A stretch of DNA of 64,000 nt from Myxococcota bacterium (GCA_041687695.1 JAWLBL010000013.1:128001-192000); one strand, 5' to 3'. Counted from the stretch's first letter, positions 1-9,934 are shown. Numbers and translations: made by a program. The notes: generated from the letters alone by a model not told the origin.

Positions 1-1605
1 CAGCACGACGGGACGCTGGGCCGGGTGGTGGGGGGCCTGGCGGGGGGCGGCGGCCACGGCGTGGGTCGCCACCGAAAGCGCCACGGGGTAGCCGAGCTCG
101 GCGCCGGCGCGACGCGCGGCGTGGGGGCTGGCGACGGTGATGCGTCGGCCGGTCGGGAGGCCGTAGGCGGTCAGGATCCGATCCAGCTCGTCGGGCTGCA
201 GGTGCGTGCGGTCGGTCAAGCGCGCCCCGATGACGACGGCCTGGGCCAGCGGGGCCTGCACCGAGACCTCGACCGCCGGCGCCGCGGCGTGGGCGCGCAG
301 GGTCGGCGCCCGCACCAGGGCCGCCAGCGCGGCGGCGGCTTCCTCGGGCGACCCGGCCGCGCCGGCGCCCCAGGCCGAGGCGACCACGGTCGGGCGCTCG
401 CGGCCTTCGACCAGCGCCCGCCAGGTCGCCGCGTCGTCGGGCGAGGCCTCGACGGGCAAGCCCCAGGCGACGAGGATGGCGTCGACGGTCGGCGCGGAGG
501 CCAGCGCGTCGAGGGTCACGCCCAGGTGGCGCAGCGAGGCGTCGGGGCGCAGGTCGACGGGGTTGTCGACGCGAGCGTGGACGTGGACCTCGCTGGCGAT
601 GGCGCGGCTCGTCTCGGGGGGCAGCGCCGCCAGGGTCATGCCTTGCGCGCGCGTGGCGGCGGCGGCCAGGGCGGCGGCGCCCGCGGAGTTGGCGACGACG
701 GCGACGCGCGGGCCGTTCGGGGTGGGGCCGCGGGCCAGCGCGTCCGCGAGGCGCAGGGCGTCGCGGGGCGAGGCGGCGCGGTGCACGCCCAGGGAGCGGA
801 CGACGTCGTCCAGGCGAGCCAGGGCGGGGGCGGCCGGGGTGTCGGCGTCCTCCAGCGGCAGGCGAGGGCGGGCGCCGGGGAGGACCAGGACGACGGGCTT
901 GCGGGCGGCGACGGCGCGGACGCGGGTGGGGAGGCCCTCGGGGTCGCCGAGGGTGTCGGCGTGGACGACGATGGCCCGGGTCATCGCGTCGGCGGCGAAG
1001 GCCTCGATCAGATCGATCGCCGACACGCCGCTCGGGCTGGCGGTGGCGAAGGCGGACAGGCCGACGCCGGCCTGGCAGGCCGCCGCGAGGAGCGCCTCCT
1101 CGGCGCCCGCCTGGGCGCACGCGGCGACGTGACCCACCGGCGGCAGGGCCGAGGTGGCGAGCGCCGCGACCACCTCGCCGGCGCCCTGGCGCATCACGCC
1201 GGCCGCGCCCGGCCCTACGAGCAGGAGGCCGCGCTCCTCGCACAGGGCGAGCAGGGCCTCCTCGGCCGGGACGTCGACGGCGTCGGGGTCGTCCTCGCTG
1301 GCCAGCAGCAGGACGCCGGCCAGCGGCGGCACGACGACCAGGGCGCGCGCGCCGCGATCGGCGGCGGCCGCGGCGACCTCGAGGACGTCCTCGGGCGGGA
1401 CGTCCACGACGACGAGGTCGAGCGGGCCGGCCTCGGGGCCGATCTGGTTCGGGTGGGCGGCCTCGACGACCGGCGCGGTCGAGGCGGTGGCGCGCGCGAG
1501 GGCGGCGATCTGGCGGGCGCGGGTGGCGCCCGGTCGCTCGGCGCCGACGACGGCGAGGTGGCGGGGCGAAAGCAGCGGGGAGAGCGGCGAGTCCGAGGCG
1601 TTCAT
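1..1605 (-). CDS. Acyl-CoA synthetase (NDP-forming)/acetate-CoA ligase-like CoA-binding protein, degenerate; runs off the window edge
   Basis: Not in the ORF track. Manual minus-strand translation from ATG 1605: MNASDSPLSPLLSPRHLAVVGA...LDLVVVDVP...LLLVGPGAAG...RVAVVANSAGAA...VDNPVDL...AGAELGYPVAL, the usual CoA-binding/ligase/ATP-grasp layout; no stop before position 1. Confidence 0.75.
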   Translation of the reverse strand, partial: MNASDSPLSPLLSPRHLAVVGAERPGATRARQIAALARATASTAPVVEAAHPNQIGPEAGPLDLVVVDVPPEDVLEVAAAAADRGARALVVVPPLAGVLLLASEDDPDAVDVPAEEALLALCEERGLLLVGPGAAGVMRQGAGEVVAALATSALPPVGHVAACAQAGAEEALLAAACQAGVGLSAFATASPSGVSAIDLIEAFAADAMTRAIVVHADTLGDPEGLPTRVRAVAARKPVVLVLPGARPRLPLEDADTPAAPALARLDDVVRSLGVHRAASPRDALRLADALARGPTPNGPRVAVVANSAGAAALAAAATRAQGMTLAALPPETSRAIASEVHVHARVDNPVDLRPDASLRHLGVTLDALASAPTVDAILVAWGLPVEASPDDAATWRALVEGRERPTVVASAWGAGAAGSPEEAAAALAALVRAPTLRAHAAAPAVEVSVQAPLAQAVVIGARLTDRTHLQPDELDRILTAYGLPTGRRITVASPHAARRAGAELGYPVALSVATHAVAAAPRQAPHHPAQRPVVL

Positions 1606-1660
1606 GGCGCGCAATGTGCGCTCCCGGGCGCCGCGCGCCAAGCGAAGAGGTATAAGCCTC

Positions 1661-2059
1661 CTATTCGGGCTTCCACTTGCGCTGCTTCTTCACGGCGCTG
1701 CGTTGGCGCTTGGCCTCGACGCGGCGCGCGCGCGAGGCGCGGGTGGGGCGGGTCGGCACGCGCGGCGTCTCGCGCTCCTCGGCGCGCGCGAGCAGCTCGG
1801 CCAGCTTGGCGAAGCAGTCCTCGACGTTGCGCGCCTGGCTGCGGTAGCGCGAGGAGGTGATGACCAGCTCGCCGTCGCGCGTGATGCGGTGGCGCGCCAG
1901 ATCGCGCAGGCGGGCGCGGACGTCCTCGGGGATCCAGTCGGCCTCGGCGACCGCGAAGCGCAGCTCGGCCTTGGTCTCGACCTTGTTGACGTTCTGGCCG
2001 CCCGGGCCGCCGCTGCGCGCGAAGCTGACGGTCACACGGTCGCGCGGGATGTCGATCAT
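1661..2059 (-). CDS. arfB: Alternative ribosome rescue factor ArfB (YaeJ)
   Basis: RSGGPGGQNVNKVET GGQ motif, RSQARN, basic C-terminal tail RVPTRPTRASRARRVEAKRQRSAVK. Confidence 0.95.
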   Translation of the reverse strand: MIDIPRDRVTVSFARSGGPGGQNVNKVETKAELRFAVAEADWIPEDVRARLRDLARHRITRDGELVITSSRYRSQARNVEDCFAKLAELLARAEERETPRVPTRPTRASRARRVEAKRQRSAVKKQRKWKPE

Positions 2060-2103
2060 GAGGGGCTCCGGGCAGGCGGGCGACGGCGACCGCGGCGGCG
2101 GGC

Positions 2104-2132
2104 TTGACCGGGCGGCGAGGGTCTTCTACAGC
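2104..2132 (+). promoter_or_regulatory. Putative sigma70-type promoter for the SDR gene
   Basis: TTGACC-17nt-TACAGC. Confidence 0.35.
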
Positions 2133-2190
2133 GGCTGACGCACCGCCGAAAAGCAAGACCCGCCACCAGCCAGCCGACCGCGAGGATGCC

Positions 2191-2928
2191 GTGACCACGC
2201 CGCAAGCACCGAGCCTCACGACCCGACCGAACGACTTCGAGGGCCGCGAGGTCGTCGTGACCGGAGGCGCCGGGGCGCTCGGACGCGCCGTCGTCAGCCA
2301 GCTGCTGGCGCGAGGGGCGCGCGTCCATGTGCCGTGCCTGCACGCCTCCGAGCGCGACGCTGCGCCCTGGCGCGACGATCCATCCGTGCGCGCCGTCGCC
2401 GGCGTGGATCTGGGGGACGAGGCGCAGGTGCGCGCCTTCTTTGAGGCGGTGCCGACCCTGTGGGCCTCGATCCAGATCGCCGGCGGCTTCGCCATGGCGC
2501 CGCTGACCGAGACCACCCTCGCGGCCTGGCGGCACATGCAGGACATGAACGGGACCACCTGCTTTCTGGCCTGCCGCGAGGCGGTCCGCCGCATGCGCGC
2601 CAGCGGCGGCGAGGGGGGGCGCCTGGTCAACGTCGCGGCTCGGCCGGCCCTGGTGCCGACCGGCGGCATGGCGGCCTACGCGGCGTCCAAGGCCGCCGTC
2701 GCGAACCTGACGGTCAGCCTGGCCGAGGAGCTGGCGGGCGAGGGCATCTGGGTCAACGCGGTCGTCCCGTCCATCATGGACACGCCCGCGAACCGCAAGG
2801 CAATGCCGAAGGCCGACCACGCCGCGTGGCCAACGGTCGAGGCCGTCGCCGAGACCCTGGTGTTCCTCGCCTCGCCCACCAACGCGGTCACCCGGGGTGC
2901 CCTGGTCCCGGTCTACGGGCGCAGCTGA
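2191..2928 (+). CDS. Short-chain dehydrogenase/reductase
   Basis: TGGAGALG Rossmann motif, YAASK catalytic motif, VNAVVPS; GTG start after GAGG. Confidence 0.92.
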   Translation: MTTPQAPSLTTRPNDFEGREVVVTGGAGALGRAVVSQLLARGARVHVPCLHASERDAAPWRDDPSVRAVAGVDLGDEAQVRAFFEAVPTLWASIQIAGGFAMAPLTETTLAAWRHMQDMNGTTCFLACREAVRRMRASGGEGGRLVNVAARPALVPTGGMAAYAASKAAVANLTVSLAEELAGEGIWVNAVVPSIMDTPANRKAMPKADHAAWPTVEAVAETLVFLASPTNAVTRGALVPVYGRS

Positions 2929-3101
2929 GCGGGCGCGCGCCGACCGAGACGCTGGTGGGGGTGGTCGGCGGTGGCTCGGCCCTTGCAGTGGCAGGGGCCT
3001 TTCGCTACAAGGCGCCCTTTCCGCCCGCCGGGCGCCCCCCGCGGCGCGTCCCGTCCCTCCCCGGAGGGGGGCCGCCAGCCGCACACACACGCGTGAACAT
3101 C

Positions 3102-5900
3102 ATGAACTGTCCGAGCTGCGGCCACGAGAACCTCAGCGACTTCCCCTTCTGCGAGCACTGCCTCGAGCTGTTGCCCCCGCCGGAGGGCGGCCTGGGCTCG
3201 GCCTTCGAGTTCGATCGGGGCGTGGCCACGGCGCGCGTCGGGCGCTCCGACTGGCCGGCCTTCCCCTGGAACCCGCCGGATCTGCCGGACCCGCTGATCG
3301 GCCGCGAGAAGGCCCAGAAGCAGCTCGCCGCCGGCTGGGACGACGTGGTCGGGCACTGGCGCGCTCGCATCCACCTGCTGGTCAGCGAATACGGCATGGG
3401 CAAGTCCCGCGTCGCGACCGCCCTGGTGGCCGACGCCCTGCGCCGCGACGAGACGACGCGCGTCATCCGCACGCGCTGCCCGGCCTGGGGCGGCCCCTTC
3501 CGCATGTGGGACGCCATCCTGCGCGCCGCCCTCGACATCCCCGACAGCGCGGACCCGGTCGAGTGCGGCGAACGCCTGAGCCGCGCGGTCGAGGACGTCC
3601 TGCCCGACGAGGCCGCCGAGATCGCGGCCCTGGTCGCCTGGCTGACCGGCTGGGACGCGCCCGGCCGGCCGCGCCCGTCGGGGCTGACCGACGAGGAGGC
3701 GCTGGTCGCGCGCAGCACGGCCGCCCTGTCGCGTCTGCTCGGCGCGATGAGCGTCGAGCGGCCGCTGCTCGTCATCGTCGACCAGGCGAACAACGCGACC
3801 GCGCGCAGCCTCTCGCTGGCCGGCGCCCTCGAGGAGATGTTGCGCGACCGGCCCGTGATGCTGGTGCTGGCCGGGTCGCCCGCGCTGACGGACATCCTGC
3901 CCGGCTGGGAGGCCTTCCCCGCGACGCGCCTAGGGCGCCTGACCCGGCGCGACGCCGAGCGGATGCTGCGGGTGTTCCTGGACGGCCTGGGCGAGCCGCC
4001 GGTCGAGATCCTCGAGCGCATCCTGGACCGCGCCCACGGAAGCCCCTACGCCATCAAGTCGATGGTGCGCTACCTGCGCGACGCGGGGGCCATCGCGCTC
4101 CAGGACGGCGTGTGGGCGCTGGACGAGACGGTCGCCTGGGACCTGGACCTGCCCGAGGACCTCGAGGGCGTCGTCCTGGCGCACCTCGAGACGCTCAACG
4201 CGACCGAGCGTGACGTGCTGGGCCGCGCCGCGGTCATCGGGCGCGAGTTCTGGCTGGGCGCGCTGGTGGCCCTCGAGCGTCACGACGCGACCCCGGCCGC
4301 CGCGGCGGCCCCCGGCGACATCACGCGCGACGGCGTGCCCGGCTTCGTGCGGGCCGCCCTCGAGCGCCTGGCCGGCCTGAAGTTCATCGAGCGCCGCCCG
4401 GCCCACCTGCCCGGCGAGGAGGCCTGGGTCTTCAGCAGCGAGCTGCACTGGCAGGTCGCGCAGACGATGCTGCCCGAGGCCACGCGCCAGCGGCACCATC
4501 GCATCATCCTCGAGTGGCTGCTGATGCACCTGGGCGACGAGCACGGCGAGCACTGCGAGGAGCTGGCGCGCCACGCCGAGGGCTGCGGGGACGCGGCGCG
4601 GGCGGCGACGTGGCTGCTCGAGGCGGCGCAGCTGGCGCGGGCGCAGCATCACCCGACCGACGAGCGGCGCCTGCTGATGAACGCGCGGGCGCTGGTGCCG
4701 GCCGAGGCGACCGCGACGCGGGTGGCGGTCGACTTCGATCTGGGCGACGCCTTCGCCCTGTGCGGGGACGTCGAGGCGGCGCTCGAGTGCTACCAGGACG
4801 CGCTGCGGGCGTCGTGGCACATGCGGCACCGGGGGCGGGGCGCGGCCGCGCTGGCGCGCATCGGGCGGGCCGAGGGCGACCGCGGGGACCTCACGCGGGC
4901 CTACGAGCACCTGCACCAGGCCCTGCGCCTGTACGAGGCCATCGAGGATCGGGCCGGCGTGGCGGCGACCAGCTACCAGCTGGGGCGGCTGCTGTGGCTC
5001 AAGGGGCGGCTGAACGAGGCGCTGGGCAGCTACCGCAAGAGCGAGAGCATCAGCCGGCAGGTCCAGGACCGGGCGGGCATCGCGCAGGCGGTGCACGCCA
5101 TCGCGGCGCTGCACTACGACCGCGGCGACGTGCTGCTCGCCGAGGAGTACTACAACGACGCGCTGTCGCTGCGACGCGCGCTGGACGACCGCCGGGGCGT
5201 CGCGCGGACGCTGAACGATCTGGGGCTGGTCTGGACCAGCCGCGGCGAGGTCGAGCGGGCGGTCGCCGGGTGGCGCGAGGCGACGAGCATGGCGCGCGAC
5301 ATCGGCGATCGGGTGGTCGAGGCGACGCTGGCGTCGAACCTGGGCGAGGGATTGACCGCGCTCGGGCAGCACGACGAGGCCGAGGAGACGCTGGAGCGCG
5401 CGATCGCGCTGGCGCGGTCCATCGCGCAGCCGCGCGTGCTGGCGGACGCCTGGCTGAACCTGGGGCAGCTGCGGCTGTCGCGGGGACAGTGGGACGCGGC
5501 GCGGGCGGCCCTGGACGAGGCCGCGCAGGCGACGGCGGGGCTGGACGTGCCGCGGATGACCGCGGCCGTCGACCGGGCGTACGGCGAGCTGGCGCTGGGC
5601 GAGGCGCGGGCGCCCGAGCACCAGGGCGGGGCGACGACGCGGCCGCTGCTGGCGCACGCGCAGGAGGCGCTGCGCAAGGCGGCCGACGCCTTCAGTGCGG
5701 CCGGCTACGACCTCGAGGCGGCCACGGCGCTCGAGCGGTTGGCCGAGGCGCTGGCGCTGGACGACAAGGACGACGAGGCGGCCCAGGCGCGCGATTCGGC
5801 CAAGGCGCTGCGAGGCTCGCACGAGGTGCGCCCGTCCGAGGCGACGCCCACGGCGGTGCCGGCGATGGAAGAGGCCAGCGACGAGGCGGTCGACGCGTGA
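3102..5900 (+). CDS. Zinc-ribbon + P-loop NTPase (AAA_16/STAND-like) + TPR protein
   Basis: N-terminal CPSC...CEHC, LIGRE, Walker A SEYGMGKS, GSP motif, C-terminal TPR_12-like repeats (ARTLNDLG, LASNLGE). Confidence 0.8.
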   Translation: MNCPSCGHENLSDFPFCEHCLELLPPPEGGLGSAFEFDRGVATARVGRSDWPAFPWNPPDLPDPLIGREKAQKQLAAGWDDVVGHWRARIHLLVSEYGMGKSRVATALVADALRRDETTRVIRTRCPAWGGPFRMWDAILRAALDIPDSADPVECGERLSRAVEDVLPDEAAEIAALVAWLTGWDAPGRPRPSGLTDEEALVARSTAALSRLLGAMSVERPLLVIVDQANNATARSLSLAGALEEMLRDRPVMLVLAGSPALTDILPGWEAFPATRLGRLTRRDAERMLRVFLDGLGEPPVEILERILDRAHGSPYAIKSMVRYLRDAGAIALQDGVWALDETVAWDLDLPEDLEGVVLAHLETLNATERDVLGRAAVIGREFWLGALVALERHDATPAAAAAPGDITRDGVPGFVRAALERLAGLKFIERRPAHLPGEEAWVFSSELHWQVAQTMLPEATRQRHHRIILEWLLMHLGDEHGEHCEELARHAEGCGDAARAATWLLEAAQLARAQHHPTDERRLLMNARALVPAEATATRVAVDFDLGDAFALCGDVEAALECYQDALRASWHMRHRGRGAAALARIGRAEGDRGDLTRAYEHLHQALRLYEAIEDRAGVAATSYQLGRLLWLKGRLNEALGSYRKSESISRQVQDRAGIAQAVHAIAALHYDRGDVLLAEEYYNDALSLRRALDDRRGVARTLNDLGLVWTSRGEVERAVAGWREATSMARDIGDRVVEATLASNLGEGLTALGQHDEAEETLERAIALARSIAQPRVLADAWLNLGQLRLSRGQWDAARAALDEAAQATAGLDVPRMTAAVDRAYGELALGEARAPEHQGGATTRPLLAHAQEALRKAADAFSAAGYDLEAATALERLAEALALDDKDDEAAQARDSAKALRGSHEVRPSEATPTAVPAMEEASDEAVDA

Positions 5901-6475
5901 GGCGGGCCGCCGCGCTGGGGCTCCGCGTGGCCGTCGGCGTGGCCGTGGCCGGCGCGGGGTCGGCGCGGGCCGAGGTGGACTGGTCGGTCGACATGGCGCT
6001 GCCCGACCGCGACTTCGCGTTCGGGCTGACGGGCGGCGTCGTCTTCGACGAGGACCGCCGCGACGCGGCGACCAGCGGGATGCTGGGGCTGGACGCCAGC
6101 TACCTGGACGGACTGTTCGGGGCGCACCTGGGCGTGCGGGCGCACCGAGAGGGCTTCGACTGGCGCGTCGCCGGGCTGGCCGAGGTCACCTGGTGGTACC
6201 TCCTGCTGCTGGGCACGGGCGTGCAGGTCGGGCAGATGCTGGGCGACGGCGGGCCGGGCGTGCCGGACACGGCGGTGGCGTTGACGCTGCTGGTCGGCGC
6301 GCCGTTTCCCATCGCGACCCTGGACGAGGGGCGCGGCGGCAGCCTGGTCCTGATGCCCTACGGGCGTCCGGGGCTGCGCTTTCGGGGCGAGCGTCCGGGC
6401 CTCGACCGCGACGACCGGGTGCGGGGCTACCACGAGATCGGCGTGTCGCTGCGGTGGACCAGCTTCGGCTGGTGA
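5897..6475 (+). CDS. Hypothetical exported protein, possibly a beta-barrel
   Basis: GTG overlapping the upstream TGA, signal peptide ending ARA-E, alternating hydrophobic strands, C-terminal Trp. Confidence 0.6.
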   Translation: MRRAAALGLRVAVGVAVAGAGSARAEVDWSVDMALPDRDFAFGLTGGVVFDEDRRDAATSGMLGLDASYLDGLFGAHLGVRAHREGFDWRVAGLAEVTWWYLLLLGTGVQVGQMLGDGGPGVPDTAVALTLLVGAPFPIATLDEGRGGSLVLMPYGRPGLRFRGERPGLDRDDRVRGYHEIGVSLRWTSFGW

Positions 6476-6483
6476 CCGGCCGG

Positions 6484-7980
6484 TCAGCGCCGGCGCAGCC
6501 AGTCGACCACGTGGCCGATGAGCGTCGGCAGCTCCCAGAGCAGCTCGGCGCGCGAGCCCATCGGGCTCACCGGCTGCGAGAGGGTCGCGAGCGCCGGCGG
6601 GACGGAGGACTCGCGGGGGCGCGCGGCCTGGCGGGCCTCGGCGCGCCGCTCGATCTCGCCGATCTCCAGGCCGCCCATCGCGACGAAGGTGCGGATCTGC
6701 TCGAGCTCGCCGGCGTCGAGGTACATGCCGTGGACCGTGCACTCGTCGACCACGATGCCGCTGACCCGGCCGAAGTTGCGGCGGTGCATGGGCGTGTCGC
6801 AGCGCGGGCAGCGGCGGTAGACGACCGCCTGGGGCGCGCGGCGCAGGGCCGCCACCTGCCGGCGGATCTCGCTCAGGTTGGCGCGCGTCATCAGCGGGCG
6901 CGTGACCAGGGCGTCGATCTCGCCGTGATCGAGCCACAGCCCGTGGCAGCTGGCGCACATGTCGACCTCGGTGTCGCTGGTCCCCATGACGACCGCGCGC
7001 ATCACGCCGCCGCAGCCCGGGCAGGGCAGGGTGGGGGGCGCCCCCGGGGCCGGGCCGTCGTCCTCGGCGCGCGCCAGCAAGGCGGACAGCGCCTGGTGGA
7101 CGTCGTCCTCGGACGCGGCGACCGGGCGCGCCGTGGGCGTCCGCAGGCCCAGTAGGCGCCGCTGCACGTCGCTCGCCCGCTGCGGGCGGCGCTCGACCCG
7201 CGGGTCCAGCAGCTCGTCCAGCAGGGCCACCAGCCCCGCGTCGGCGACCGCCGCGCGGAAGTCGAGCCGCATCTCGCGCACCGGCAGCTCCGACGGCTCG
7301 CGCCCGCTCGTCAGAAAGACCAGCGTCGCCCCCAGGGCGTACAGATCCGAGGCCGGCTCTGCGCGGCCCATGAACTGCTCGGGGGGCATGTACCCGTAGC
7401 TGCCGACCACCGTGCTGCCGGCCAGGGTGTGCTGCCGCAGCGCGTGCTGCACGGCCCCGAAGTCGATGAGCACCACGCCTCCGTCGGGCCGCACGATGAC
7501 GTTGGACGGCTTGACGTCGCGGTGGACGATCGGCGGCAGCCGCCCGTGCAGGTAGGCCAGCACCTCGGCGATGCCGGCCCCGATGCGCAAGACCTCGTCG
7601 CGCGAGAACGTCTCGCCCGCGCGCACCCGTCGCCGCAGATCGTCGCCGGGGACGAACTCCTCGACCAGCCACAGCCGCGGGTCGTCGTCGCCCTCCCGCA
7701 GCAGCTCGCGAAAGCGCGGCACCCCCGGGTGGTCCAGGCCACGCAACACCTGCGCGCCCCGCTCGAACAGCTCGAGCGACTTCCAGTCGGGCGCCGACTT
7801 CAGGCGCAGCTCCTTGGCCGCCAGCAAGGCGCTGCCGTCGGCCTCCTCGGCCAGCCAGACCCGCGCCGTCGCCCCCTCGCCCAGGGGTTCGATGAGCCGG
7901 TAGCGGCCGTCGGAGGCCGCCTCGAGGGAGCGCGCGGGAGCCACGGGCGCACTGTACTCCAACCCGTCCGCCGCGCCCAC
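6484..7980 (-). CDS. Hanks-type Ser/Thr protein kinase with two C-terminal zf-TFIIB-like zinc ribbons
   Basis: LGEGATARV, AAK, HRDVKPSN, DFG, GSYGYMPPE, SDLYALG; CPGC...CASC..GLWLDHGE and CPRC...ECTVHGMYLDAGE. Start uncertain. Confidence 0.9.
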   Translation of the reverse strand: MGAADGLEYSAPVAPARSLEAASDGRYRLIEPLGEGATARVWLAEEADGSALLAAKELRLKSAPDWKSLELFERGAQVLRGLDHPGVPRFRELLREGDDDPRLWLVEEFVPGDDLRRRVRAGETFSRDEVLRIGAGIAEVLAYLHGRLPPIVHRDVKPSNVIVRPDGGVVLIDFGAVQHALRQHTLAGSTVVGSYGYMPPEQFMGRAEPASDLYALGATLVFLTSGREPSELPVREMRLDFRAAVADAGLVALLDELLDPRVERRPQRASDVQRRLLGLRTPTARPVAASEDDVHQALSALLARAEDDGPAPGAPPTLPCPGCGGVMRAVVMGTSDTEVDMCASCHGLWLDHGEIDALVTRPLMTRANLSEIRRQVAALRRAPQAVVYRRCPRCDTPMHRRNFGRVSGIVVDECTVHGMYLDAGELEQIRTFVAMGGLEIGEIERRAEARQAARPRESSVPPALATLSQPVSPMGSRAELLWELPTLIGHVVDWLRRR

Positions 7981-8057
7981 CGCGAGGCGGAGCCTTGCGA
8001 ACGGCCACGGGCCCGAGGCAAGGTCGGCGCGGGCGACCGAGCCCGAGGAGGCATCGC

Positions 8058-9086
8058 TTGAGAGCGCGACCGCGCGTCGACCGCACCCCGGTGGGCGGGG
8101 GCCCGGGCCCCGTCCCCTACCGAGAGCACCGCTTCACGACCCCCGACGGCTTCGAACTGGGCCTGTATCGCTGCGCGCCCGAAGGCGACCGCGACGCGCT
8201 GGGCCGCCCGGTGCTGCTCCTGCCCGGCGTCGGCAGCAACCGCTACGGCTTCGGCGTGGCCCCGGGCGCCACGCTCCCCGAGGCCCTGGCCGCCGCGGGC
8301 CGCGACGCCTGGCTCCTGGACTTCCGCGGCTCCCGCTCGAGCCGCTGGACCGGCGCCGGCCGCCCGCCGGTCAGCATCGACCACAAGCTCGTGCTCGATC
8401 TGCCGAGCGCCATCGCCGAGGTCCGCCGCCTCACGGGCGCCGCCGCCCTCGATCTCGTCGGCCACAGCCTCGGCGGCCTCCTCGTCTACCTGCTGCTCGG
8501 CGGCCCCGCCGCCCCCGCGATCGGCCGCGCCGTCACCGTGTGCACCCCGGCGCGCGCCGCCGACTTCGCCGGCCCCGCCGCCGCCCTCCTGCGCGCCCCC
8601 GCCCGCGCCCTGTCGCCGGTCGCCGCGCGCCTGCCCGGCCTGATGGTCGACCGCCTGGCGCGCCTCCCCGGCCCCCTCCCGCACCTGGCCGCCTTCCGCC
8701 AGCACATCCTGGTCGGCTCGATGGACGCCGCCCTGCGCCGCGCCTACTTCGCCCACGGCGTCGAGGACATGCCCGGCGGGGATCTGGCGCAGATCATGCG
8801 CTGGATCGCCCACGACGGCCTGGTCGACGCGGCCGGCCAGCGCTACGACGAGCGCCTGCCCGCCGTCACGCGCCCGCTGCTGGTCCTGGCCGCCTCGCGC
8901 GACGGCCTCATCCCGGTCCCCGCCGTCCAGGCCGCCTTCGAGCGCCTGGGCAGCCGCGACAAGGATCTGCGCATCGTCGGCCGCCGCCACGGCGCCAGCC
9001 GCGACTACGCCCACGCCGACGTCCTGCTGGCCCCGTCGGCCGCGCGCGACGTCTACGGACCCATCGTCGAGTTCCTGGCCGGCTGA
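8058..9086 (+). CDS. Alpha/beta hydrolase (lipase/PhaC-like)
   Basis: GHSLGG nucleophile elbow, DG acid, YAHAD His; TTG start behind GAGGAGG. Confidence 0.85.
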   Translation: MRARPRVDRTPVGGGPGPVPYREHRFTTPDGFELGLYRCAPEGDRDALGRPVLLLPGVGSNRYGFGVAPGATLPEALAAAGRDAWLLDFRGSRSSRWTGAGRPPVSIDHKLVLDLPSAIAEVRRLTGAAALDLVGHSLGGLLVYLLLGGPAAPAIGRAVTVCTPARAADFAGPAAALLRAPARALSPVAARLPGLMVDRLARLPGPLPHLAAFRQHILVGSMDAALRRAYFAHGVEDMPGGDLAQIMRWIAHDGLVDAAGQRYDERLPAVTRPLLVLAASRDGLIPVPAVQAAFERLGSRDKDLRIVGRRHGASRDYAHADVLLAPSAARDVYGPIVEFLAG

Positions 9087-9101
9087 CGGCCCCGCCCCCC
9101 G

Positions 9102-9881
9102 CTACAGGTGGAAGGTCACCTGGGCGGTCGGCAGGAAGATGAAGGCGTCGGGCGACTCGACCGGCGTCCCGGTGTAGCCCTTGTCCCAGTTGGCGAACCA
9201 CTCCTTCCAGTCCGGGAACATGAATTTGAAGTCCACGCCCAGCGACACCCGCTGGGCCACCATGTAGTTGAAGGCGACGCCGGTCGACAGGTTGGTGCCG
9301 TCCCAGCCCTTGCCGTCGTCCTCGTCGTCGGTGCCCACGATGAAGCGCTGCACCTCGGGCGCCGGGTGGTAGCCGCCGATGGAGTAGCCGTAGCCGAAGG
9401 AGACGTCGACGTCCCAGGGCCGCTCCTGGAAGGGGATCCAGAACTGGGCCGGGTGGATGCGCACGGCGCCGCCGACGTGGCCGGCGCCAGCGTCCCCGTC
9501 CAGGTCGCCGTGGCCGAGCACGCTGGCCTCGAGCGAGGCGTAACCCAGGATGTTGTAGCCGATGCGCAGCTGGAACGAGAGACCGCTGCCGAAGTCGGTG
9601 CGGACGAGCTCGGCGCGGGCCTCTTCGACCGTGTAGCCGGGGATGTTCGAAGGGATCGGCTTGCAGTTCGTCGTGCCCTTGCTCCACAGGAAGACTTCGG
9701 GGCTGTATCCGCAGGGTGCGGGTACGTCGAAGAGCGTCCCCTGCTCGCCCGAGACCACCGCCCCGCCGAGCCCGAAGCTGAGGTACAGGCCGTCCCTCAT
9801 CGACTGCGCGGCCGCCGGCGCGGGGGCGAGCGAGGCGGTCAGCAGGGCGGCTCCGGCGAGGGGGGCGGACAGGCGGGGCAT
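9102..9881 (-). CDS. Exported protein, probable outer-membrane beta-barrel
   Basis: Signal peptide ending AAA-Q, amphipathic strands (GLYLSFGLGG, FQLRIGY, VSLGVDFKF), C-terminal QVTFHL. Confidence 0.65.
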   Translation of the reverse strand: MPRLSAPLAGAALLTASLAPAPAAAQSMRDGLYLSFGLGGAVVSGEQGTLFDVPAPCGYSPEVFLWSKGTTNCKPIPSNIPGYTVEEARAELVRTDFGSGLSFQLRIGYNILGYASLEASVLGHGDLDGDAGAGHVGGAVRIHPAQFWIPFQERPWDVDVSFGYGYSIGGYHPAPEVQRFIVGTDDEDDGKGWDGTNLSTGVAFNYMVAQRVSLGVDFKFMFPDWKEWFANWDKGYTGTPVESPDAFIFLPTAQVTFHL

Positions 9882-9934
9882 GGGCGGGCTCCGGGAGACT
9901 CTTGGCCGCCGGGGCCGCGGCCCGCGGGCGGCTG

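Noticed and set aside
2460..3101. Long N-terminal extensions in the ORF track (NTPase, GGDEF from 9108, J-like from 40330, aroE from 60672, rsmE from 52930)
   Set aside because: They overlap neighbouring genes; starts were reassigned using motifs and RBS position
3102..9086. Avs-type antiphage system (STAND + kinase + hydrolase)
   Set aside because: No nuclease, TIR or SIR2 effector, mixed orientations, host-like composition and no defence-island context; signalling is more parsimonious
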